Source: Candidatus Eiseniibacteriota bacterium (lineage in GTDB: Bacteria > Eisenbacteria > RBG-16-71-46 > DASYSL01). From it: a DNA stretch of 20,834 nucleotides. Position numbers and translations under genes: made by a program. Below the pieces are notes generated by a model. It was not told the DNA's origin. It was given only the letters and a program-made list of their open reading frames with translations, and made no database searches. The stretch spans positions 1 through 20,834 of the forward strand of contig JBKJJJ010000092.1 of assembly GCA_046598045.1 (NCBI GenBank), read 5' to 3'. Positions 14,191 to 20,834 of this stretch are shown here, piece after piece (position 1 is the first letter of the stretch; every line of letters begins with the position of its first letter).

Positions 14191-17100
14191 GTGCCTATTG
14201 CGCCCGCGATGACGCGCACTCCGCAACTTGCTTGTCCCGGCGCGCGTGGCCGCTCGCGCGCGCTCCCCCTCGCGTTCGCCGGGGCGCTCGCGGCGGGGGC
14301 CGGGTTCTCCCTCGCGCGCGGGACGCTTCCGCCGACGGCCGGGAGCGCGTGCGTCGCGGCATGCGTCGCGACGCTCGGCGCCGCCGCCATCGCGCTGTTC
14401 GCACTCGCGCACCGCGGGCACGGACGGCTCGCGTCCGCTGTTGCCTGGCTCCTGCTGCCGGCCACATTCGCCGCCAGCGGGGCCACGTCGCGCCGCCTCG
14501 CCGAGGCTCAGCTCCTGCCCGTCCACGCCGGCGGCCGCGGTTGGATCGTAGGCCGCATCGACGGGTTGCCGGAGTCGGGGGCCACCGGCCCGCGCTTCGT
14601 GCTGGCGGTCGAGCGCTCCTCGCTCGGCTTGCCTGTGCGCGCGCGGCTCGCCTGTAGCGCGCGCGCGGCGCATCCGCCGCCCGACGGCACGCGCGTGCGG
14701 GCGCTGGTCGACCTCGATGGCCCCGGCCCGGCGACGAACCCGGGCGGCTTCGATGCGCGCGCGTGGTCGCGCATCGCCGGGGTCGCGGGGCGGGCCCGGA
14801 TCGTGCCGGGAACGCTGGCCGTGGTCGCGGCGCCCGCTGCCCTCGACCTGCGCGCGCGCCTGGTCTCCCCGCCGCGGGGCCGGCTGCTGGCGGCGATCGC
14901 GCGACAGGAGCGGGGGCGGGCGAGCGCGTTCCTCGCCGGGTTCCTGCTCGGCGACCGCAGCCGCCTCGACGCGGGGGCGAACGACGACCTGCGGCGCGCG
15001 GGCGCGCTCCACCTGCTCGCGATCTCGGGGATGCACGTCGCGCTCGCGCTGGTGCTCGCGGGGCGCGCGGTCGCGCTGCTCGGCCTGCGGGGACGGCGTG
15101 CGGCGTGCGCACGGCTGGCGGTGGCGATCGGGTACTCGGCCCTCGCCGGGGGATCGGCGTCGGTCTGGCGCGCCGGCGCGACCGCGTGCGCGGTCGAACT
15201 CGGCGCGTTATCCGGCCGCCGGGTCGCGGGGGAGCAGGGGCTCGGGCTCGCCGTGCTCGCGCTCGTGGCGCTCCGGCCCGCTTGCACGCTCGACGCGGGC
15301 TTTCAGCTCTCCGTGCTCGCGACCTGGGGCTTGCTCGGGCTCGCGCAGCCGCTCCAACGGACGCTCCTCGCGCGCGTGGACGGGGCGTGGGCGGGACCCG
15401 CGAAGGGTTTGCGCGTCGCGCGCGCGCTGGTCCACAAGACCGCCGGCGCACTCGTCCCCACGCTCGGCGCGCAGTTGGTCGCGCTGCCGTGCATGGCGTC
15501 GAGCTTCGGCGCGGTGAGCGCGCTCGGATTGCTGTCGAACCTGGTGCTCGTGCCGGTGACCGACCTCGCGCTGGTCTCCGGGCTGATCGCGCTCGCCGCC
15601 GAGGCTCTGTGGTCCCCGGCGGCGCAGCCGTTCTGGACGGTGGCCGACGCGGCCGCCCTGGCGACGCTCCGCGGCGCGAACTGGCTCGCGCGCGCCCCGG
15701 CGGCTTTGCGGCCGCTCGGGAACGCGCCGTGGGCGATCGTGGCGGTCGGACTCGGGCTCGGGGCGCTGCTGCTGGTGCGCGCGGGGTGCGGCCGGACCGG
15801 CGGGCGCGCGCGGCGCATCGCGCTGGCCGGCGCCGGCGTGGTCGGGATCGCGGGCGCGGTGGCGATCGTCACGCCGCGGCCGGCGGCGCGCGGGCCCGCG
15901 TTCGTGTGGACGCTGTTCGATGTGGGCCAGGGCGACGGCATGCTGCTGCGGTTTCCGGACGGGCGTGCGCTCGTGATCGATGGCGGGATGGCGGATGAGG
16001 CGTTCGACCAGGGCGCGCGCGTGGTCGTGCCGGCGTTGCGCGCGCGACACGTCTACGCGCTCGACGCCGTGCTCGCGACGCACCGGGACCTTGATCATCT
16101 CGGCGGACTTCCGGCAGTCGTGCGCGACGTGCCGTGCAGCTGGGTGGCCGGACCGGGCGACGTGCCCGGGCGCATCCTGGGCCCAACGCGCAAGCGCGGG
16201 GGCGCGGCCGGACGCGCGCGGGCGTTCGAGGTCATGCGCGGGCAACGCCTGCTTGCGGGCGACGACTACCGCGTCACCTGCCTCTGGCCGCCGAGGGGCT
16301 TTCGCCGCGACGCGCGCTGGACCCCGAACCGCGAATCGGTCGTGCTGCTGGTCGAGTTGCTCGCCGCCGACACGCTGCGCATCCTCCTGATGGGCGACGC
16401 CGACACGCTGGTGGAGCACGAGCTCGCGCGCACAGCACTGCCGGCGTGCGCGCTGCTCAAGGTCGGGCACCACGGCTCGCGCACCTCGAGCGGCGAGGCG
16501 TTCCTCGACCAGGTGCGACCGCGCGTCGCGCTGGTGTCAGTCGGGCGCGTGAACCGCTTTGGCCACCCGCACCCCGACGTGCGCGCGCGCTACGCCCGCA
16601 GGGGCATCGCGTGGCGCAGCACGGGGGAGGAGGGCGCGCTCGACGTGGTCGCGCGCACCGGCGTGGACGGGCGCTGGCGCGTGTCGATCGCTCCCGCGCG
16701 TGGCGCGCGCCCGATCGCCCTTGCCACGCGCGCGTGGGGCGGGGTAACTTGCGTTATCCATGACGTCGCCCCGCTTGCGTCGACTCGCAGTCCTCGCTTC
16801 CGGTCACGGCACCAACCTGCGCGCCCTCGCCGACGCCGATCGCGCCGGCGTGCTGGGCGGGTCGATCGTGCTCGTGATGAGCGACCGGCCGGAATGCGGC
16901 GCGGTCGCGATCGCGCGCGAGCGCGGAATCGCGGTCGAGCTTCCGGAGCCGGGACCGTTCCGCACGCGGTTCGACGCCGGCGCCGAAGCCCACTGGGTCG
17001 AGCGCCTCCGCGCGCACGACGTCGACACGGTCCTGCTGGCCGGCTTCATGCGCATCCTGCACGCGCCGTTGCTCGAGGCCTTTCCGGGTCGGGTGCTCAA

Positions 17101-17265
17101 CCTTCATCCGTCGCTGCTGCCTGCGTTTCCGGGGATCGATGCGATCGCTCAGGCGTTCAGGCACGGTGCGCGTATCACCGGATGCACCGTCCACCTGGTC
17201 ACCCCCGGCATCGACGAGGGCCCGATCCTCATGCAGAGCGCCGTACCCGTGCTCGACGACGATAG
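14191..17265 (+). CDS. comEC: DNA uptake competence protein ComEC/Rec2 (recognisable homology ends near 16700; the ORF reads on into purN)
   Basis: OB-like region with NPGGFD. Competence domain FLLGD..AGALHLLAISGMHV..GFQLS..NLVLVP. MBL domain FDVGQGD, THRDLDHLGG, LMGDA, KVGHHGSRTSS, NRFGHPH. The start (14191 or 14209) and the true 3' end are uncertain. Confidence 0.88.
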   Translation: MPIAPAMTRTPQLACPGARGRSRALPLAFAGALAAGAGFSLARGTLPPTAGSACVAACVATLGAAAIALFALAHRGHGRLASAVAWLLLPATFAASGATSRRLAEAQLLPVHAGGRGWIVGRIDGLPESGATGPRFVLAVERSSLGLPVRARLACSARAAHPPPDGTRVRALVDLDGPGPATNPGGFDARAWSRIAGVAGRARIVPGTLAVVAAPAALDLRARLVSPPRGRLLAAIARQERGRASAFLAGFLLGDRSRLDAGANDDLRRAGALHLLAISGMHVALALVLAGRAVALLGLRGRRAACARLAVAIGYSALAGGSASVWRAGATACAVELGALSGRRVAGEQGLGLAVLALVALRPACTLDAGFQLSVLATWGLLGLAQPLQRTLLARVDGAWAGPAKGLRVARALVHKTAGALVPTLGAQLVALPCMASSFGAVSALGLLSNLVLVPVTDLALVSGLIALAAEALWSPAAQPFWTVADAAALATLRGANWLARAPAALRPLGNAPWAIVAVGLGLGALLLVRAGCGRTGGRARRIALAGAGVVGIAGAVAIVTPRPAARGPAFVWTLFDVGQGDGMLLRFPDGRALVIDGGMADEAFDQGARVVVPALRARHVYALDAVLATHRDLDHLGGLPAVVRDVPCSWVAGPGDVPGRILGPTRKRGGAAGRARAFEVMRGQRLLAGDDYRVTCLWPPRGFRRDARWTPNRESVVLLVELLAADTLRILLMGDADTLVEHELARTALPACALLKVGHHGSRTSSGEAFLDQVRPRVALVSVGRVNRFGHPHPDVRARYARRGIAWRSTGEEGALDVVARTGVDGRWRVSIAPARGARPIALATRAWGGVTCVIHDVAPLASTRSPRFRSRHQPARPRRRRSRRRAGRVDRARDERPAGMRRGRDRARARNRGRASGAGTVPHAVRRRRRSPLGRAPPRARRRHGPAGRLHAHPARAVARGLSGSGAQPSSVAAACVSGDRCDRSGVQARCAYHRMHRPPGHPRHRRGPDPHAERRTRARRR
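16721..16750 (+). promoter_or_regulatory. Candidate sigma70 promoter for the pur cluster (possibly a near-leaderless transcript)
   Basis: TTGCCA(16721-26)-N18-TAACTT(16745-50), ending 9 nt before purN ATG 16760, which has no obvious SD. Confidence 0.45.
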
Positions 17266-17398
17266 CGAGGACGCGCTCGCGACGCGCGTGCATGCGGCCG
17301 AGCACGCGCTCTACCCGCGCGCCGTGCGCTCGTTCCTCAGGCGACCGTTCGAGCTCGAGGGACGGTGCGTGCGTTGGCTCGCTCCGGAGACCCCGTGA
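16760..17398 (+). CDS. purN: Phosphoribosylglycinamide formyltransferase
   Basis: LASGHGTNL, LAGFMRIL, NLHPSLLPAFPG, GCTVHLV..IDEGPI and EHALY motifs. Confidence 0.96.
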   Translation: MTSPRLRRLAVLASGHGTNLRALADADRAGVLGGSIVLVMSDRPECGAVAIARERGIAVELPEPGPFRTRFDAGAEAHWVERLRAHDVDTVLLAGFMRILHAPLLEAFPGRVLNLHPSLLPAFPGIDAIAQAFRHGARITGCTVHLVTPGIDEGPILMQSAVPVLDDDSEDALATRVHAAEHALYPRAVRSFLRRPFELEGRCVRWLAPETP

Positions 17399-18111
17399 GC
17401 CGTGCGTTCGACGCTGTCCAGGCGATCGTGTTCGACCTTGGCGGCACCGTGCTCGAGATCCGGCACGACGCCATCGCCGCAATCCTCGCGCGCCACGACG
17501 CCGCACCCGCGCCCGGCTGGGAGCGGGCGGCCGAGCGCCTCGGGCGCGCGCACATGGAGGCCGCGCTCCGTGCCGGCGCCGCTCGCGCCGAGGTCTGGCG
17601 GGCCTTCTTCGAGGGCATGATGGAGTCGGCCGGCACCCGCGAGGCGGTTCGCGCGCTGGCATTCGGGGACATCGCGCGCTTCCACCGCGAGGAGCACCTC
17701 TGGGGGCGCGAGCTCGGGGGCATGGGCGAGGCGGTCGACGCGCTGCGCGCGCGGGGCTATCGCACCGCTGTCGTCAGCAATTCGGACGGCCGGGCGCCGC
17801 AGGTGCTCGCGCGGCTCGGCCTGCTCGAGCGCTTCGAGCTGGTGATTGATTCCCATGACGTGGGGGTCGAGAAGCCCGCGGCGGGGATTTTCCTGCTCGC
17901 CTGCGAGCGCCTGGGGCTGGCGCCGGCCCAGTGTGCCTACGTCGGCGACGTCATGGCGTTCGACGCCGAGGGCGCGCGCGCCGCCGGGCTGGTGCCGGTC
18001 TTGTTTGATTTTTACGATTCGTATGACGCGGCGCCCGAAGGCGGGGTGCGTGTAACTGGGCCGGGGGAGTTGCTCGAGCTGTTTCCGGGACGCGTGCAGG
18101 GGGCGGCATGA
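17395..18111 (+). CDS. HAD-superfamily (IA-type) hydrolase
   Basis: Motif I FDLGGT, II VVSN, III EKP, IV YVGD..FD. GTGA overlap with the purN stop and ATGA overlap with the purC start. Confidence 0.88.
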   Translation: MSRAFDAVQAIVFDLGGTVLEIRHDAIAAILARHDAAPAPGWERAAERLGRAHMEAALRAGAARAEVWRAFFEGMMESAGTREAVRALAFGDIARFHREEHLWGRELGGMGEAVDALRARGYRTAVVSNSDGRAPQVLARLGLLERFELVIDSHDVGVEKPAAGIFLLACERLGLAPAQCAYVGDVMAFDAEGARAAGLVPVLFDFYDSYDAAPEGGVRVTGPGELLELFPGRVQGAA

Positions 18112-19022
18112 GCGCCGCGGCGCACGCCGGGATGAGCGAGATCACGGTCGCGGGGGCCGTGCCCTGGCGCGTCGGCAAGGTGCGCACGGTGTACGAACTC
18201 GGCGAGCGCCTCGTGGTGGTGGCGAGCGACCGCCTCTCGGCGTACGACGCGATCCTGCCCACGCCGATCCCGGACAAGGGCCGGGTGCTCACCGCGATGT
18301 CGGACTTCTGGTTTGGCCGCCTCCAGGCGGCACAGCCGCATCATTTGATTTCGACCAACCTCGCAGACCTGCCGGAACCGTTCCGCTCCGACGAACGCCT
18401 GACGGGACGCATCATGCTGTGCAAGCGGGCGGAACGTGTCGACATCGAGTGCGTCGTGCGGGGCTACCTCACGGGCGCCGGGTGGCGCGAGTATCGCGAG
18501 CACGGGACGCTGCACGGGCGGGCGCTGCCCAGGGGCCTCTCCGACGGCTCGCGGCTCGATCCGCCCGCGTTCACGCCCACGACCAAGGCCGAGCAGGGGC
18601 ACGACGAGCCGATCGAGCACGGTGCGCTCGCCGGGATGGTCGGCGCGCAGCTCGCGGCGGGGCTCGAGGCGCGCAGCCTTGCGCTCTATGAGGAGGCGCA
18701 CGCCGTGGCGCGTGGCGCGGGGCTCGTGCTGGCGGACACGAAGTTTGAATTCGGGCATGTGGACGGCGTGTTGACGCTGATCGATGAGTTACTGTCGCCC
18801 GACTCCTCGAGATACTGGGACCTGCCTTCGTACGAAAACAACCAGCTCTTCTCCTTCGACAAGCAGTACGTGCGCGACTGGCTCGACACGAGCGGGTGGA
18901 ATCACCAGCCGCCGGCGCCCGCGCTGCCGGCCGACGTGGTGGAGGCGACCCGCGCGCGCTACCTCGAGGCCGCGCGCCGCTTCCTCGGCGCGGCTTGGGC
19001 GTCACCCGGAGCCGGGCGATGA
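18108..19022 (+). CDS. purC: SAICAR synthetase
   Basis: GKVR, SDRLSAYD, IECVVRGYLTG, FTPTTKA..HD, LADTKFEFG, DELLSPDSSR and DKQYVRDWL motifs. Confidence 0.97.
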   Translation: MSAAAHAGMSEITVAGAVPWRVGKVRTVYELGERLVVVASDRLSAYDAILPTPIPDKGRVLTAMSDFWFGRLQAAQPHHLISTNLADLPEPFRSDERLTGRIMLCKRAERVDIECVVRGYLTGAGWREYREHGTLHGRALPRGLSDGSRLDPPAFTPTTKAEQGHDEPIEHGALAGMVGAQLAAGLEARSLALYEEAHAVARGAGLVLADTKFEFGHVDGVLTLIDELLSPDSSRYWDLPSYENNQLFSFDKQYVRDWLDTSGWNHQPPAPALPADVVEATRARYLEAARRFLGAAWASPGAGR

Positions 19023-20566
19023 GCGGTCCCGACGGGCTCGCGGTCCGTCACGCATTGTTCTCGCTCTTCGATCGGGCGGGGGCCGGCGAGCTCGCGGCGG
19101 CGCTGGTCGCGCGCGGCGCGACGGTGTGGGCGACCGAGGGCACGGCGAAGGCGCTCGCCGAGACGGGCATCGAGGCGCGCGCGGTGAGCGACCTGGTCGG
19201 GCAGGGCGCGTGGCTCGGCGGCCGCGTCAAGACGCTCCACCCGACGCTGCTCGGCGGCGTGCTCGCGCGCCGGGCCGAGCCCCAGGACATGGCGGATCTC
19301 GCCGCGCGCGAGATCCCGGCGTTCGACCTCGTGGTGTGCACGCTCTATCCGTTCGAAGCGCTGCCCGCGGACGCTCCGTGGGGGCAGGTGATCGAGACCA
19401 TCGACATCGGCGGCGTGACGCTGTTGCGCGCCGCGGCAAAGAACGCGGAGGACGTTGCGGTCTTGTCCTCGCCTGCCCAGTACGACGACGCGCTGGCCGC
19501 GCTCGAGGCACACGGCGGCCTCCCGCGCGCGCTTCGCCTCGGCTGGGCGCAGGCCGCATTCGAGCGCACTGCGCTCTACGACGCCGCGATCGCGGCCCGA
19601 TTCGCGCGCGCGAACGCCGGGGAGGAGTTGCCGGGCGCGTGGGTGCGCGGCTACCGGCGCGCGCGCACTTTGCGCTACGGCGAGAACCCGCACCAGGACG
19701 CGGCGTTGTACACCGGGGCGGGAAGCGGGGCGCACGTGGTCGATGCGGTGCTCGAGGGGAAGGAGCTTTCCTACAACAACCTGGTCGACCTCGATGCGGC
19801 GGTCGCGCTCGTGTCCGAATTCACGGGACCGGCGTGCGTCGTGGTCAAGCATAACGAGCCCGCGGGTGTGGGCCTTGGCGCGCGCGCGCTGGATGCGTTC
19901 ACGCGCGCGTTCGAGGCGGACGCGCTGTCGGCGTTCGGCGGCGTGGTGGCGTTCAACGTCGAGGTCGACGCCGCCACCGCGGAGGCGCTGGCGAAGCCGT
20001 TCCTCGAGTGCGTCGCCGCGCCCTCGTTCGCGCCGGCCGCGCTCGACACCTTGCGCGCGAAGAAGAACCTGCGCCTCGTGCGCGCGCACGCGCCGGCGCC
20101 CGCGCGCTGGGAGGCGCGCGCGCTCGGGGACGGTCTGCTCGTCCAGGGCGTGCGCGCGGGTGCGCCGGGCCTCAAGCTCGAGGTCGTGACGCGGCGCGCG
20201 CCGACGCCCGAGGAGATGGAGGCGATGCTGTTCGCGTGGACCGTGGTCGGCCGCGCGCGCTCGAACGCGATCGTGATCGCGCGCGCGCAGCAGACGCTCG
20301 GCGTGGGCTCCGGGCAGACCAGCCGGATCGATGCGGTCGAAGTCGCGCTGCTCAAGGCGCGGCGCTCGGGCCACGACACCGCGGGCGCGGTGCTGGCGTC
20401 GGACGGGTTTTTTCCGTTCGGCGACTGGGTCGAGCCCGCGCGCGCGGCCGGCATCACCGCCGCGATCCAGCCCGGCGGATCGGTGCGCGATGCCGAGTCG
20501 ATCGCGGCGTGCGATCAGGCCGGCATGGCGCTCGTGATGACGGGCCGTCGATTGTTCCGGCATTAA
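19019..20566 (+). CDS. purH: Bifunctional AICAR transformylase/IMP cyclohydrolase
   Basis: [66 protein letters not shown] and terminal RLFRH. ATG 19019 overlaps the purC stop. Confidence 0.96.
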   Translation: MSGPDGLAVRHALFSLFDRAGAGELAAALVARGATVWATEGTAKALAETGIEARAVSDLVGQGAWLGGRVKTLHPTLLGGVLARRAEPQDMADLAAREIPAFDLVVCTLYPFEALPADAPWGQVIETIDIGGVTLLRAAAKNAEDVAVLSSPAQYDDALAALEAHGGLPRALRLGWAQAAFERTALYDAAIAARFARANAGEELPGAWVRGYRRARTLRYGENPHQDAALYTGAGSGAHVVDAVLEGKELSYNNLVDLDAAVALVSEFTGPACVVVKHNEPAGVGLGARALDAFTRAFEADALSAFGGVVAFNVEVDAATAEALAKPFLECVAAPSFAPAALDTLRAKKNLRLVRAHAPAPARWEARALGDGLLVQGVRAGAPGLKLEVVTRRAPTPEEMEAMLFAWTVVGRARSNAIVIARAQQTLGVGSGQTSRIDAVEVALLKARRSGHDTAGAVLASDGFFPFGDWVEPARAAGITAAIQPGGSVRDAESIAACDQAGMALVMTGRRLFRH

Positions 20567-20579
20567 CGTGGGAGTGGGC

Positions 20580-20834
20580 GTGGCGCGAAGACAACTCGTC
20601 CTGATCCTCGACTTCGGATCGCAATACACGCAGTTGATCGCGCGCCGCGTGCGCGAGGCCGGCGTGTACTGCGAGGTGCGCCCGTATGACGTGCCGCGCG
20701 CCGAGCTCAAGCGGCTCGAGCCGGCAGCGCTCATCCTCTCGGGCTCGCCCCAGAGCGCGAATGCGCCGGACGCGTACCATTTCGATCCCGGGCTGCTCGC
20801 GCCCGACATGCCGGTGCTCGGCATCTGCTACGGC
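20580..20834 (+). CDS. guaA: GMP synthase (glutamine-hydrolysing), partial, truncated by the window edge
   Basis: Not in the ORF track. GTG 20580 after GGAG translates to [34 protein letters not shown]. Confidence 0.95.
   Translation, partial: MARRQLVLILDFGSQYTQLIARRVREAGVYCEVRPYDVPRAELKRLEPAALILSGSPQSANAPDAYHFDPGLLAPDMPVLGICYG

Noticed and set aside
1..20834. tRNA, rRNA, IS transposase or integrase
   Set aside because: No such signatures recognised; the intergenic gaps are short and otherwise accounted for.

Overview
Very GC-rich bacterial DNA. The gene content (a cargo protein with a T9SS/FlgD-type C-terminus, a PorV-family barrel) resembles the FCB group, and Ca. Eisenbacteria or a relative is a guess. 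The window opens with an 89-bp fold-back inverted repeat that removes the 5' end of a secreted beta-propeller/Ig-domain protein. Next come an RsuA/RluB-family pseudouridine synthase, a PorV-family protein, and a tandem ADP-glucose pyrophosphorylase pair (a degenerate glgD-like copy, then a canonical glgC). An accessory patch of about 2.5 kb follows, with a TolB-like lipoprotein and a DUF222-like/HNH nuclease. The rest is an MltD-like lytic transglycosylase (minus strand), a divergent PEGA-domain membrane protein, comEC, and a purN-HAD-purC-purH-guaA cluster that runs off the right edge. The best novelty candidate is the HNH locus (8367-9919). It combines a RuvA-domain-III-like C-terminus, two perfect 20-bp palindromes inside the coding sequence, overlapping divergent TGTC-N12-(T/C)AnnnT promoter-like motifs upstream, and a ~120-nt multi-stem element downstream. 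All family assignments come from reading motifs by eye; no database search was run.
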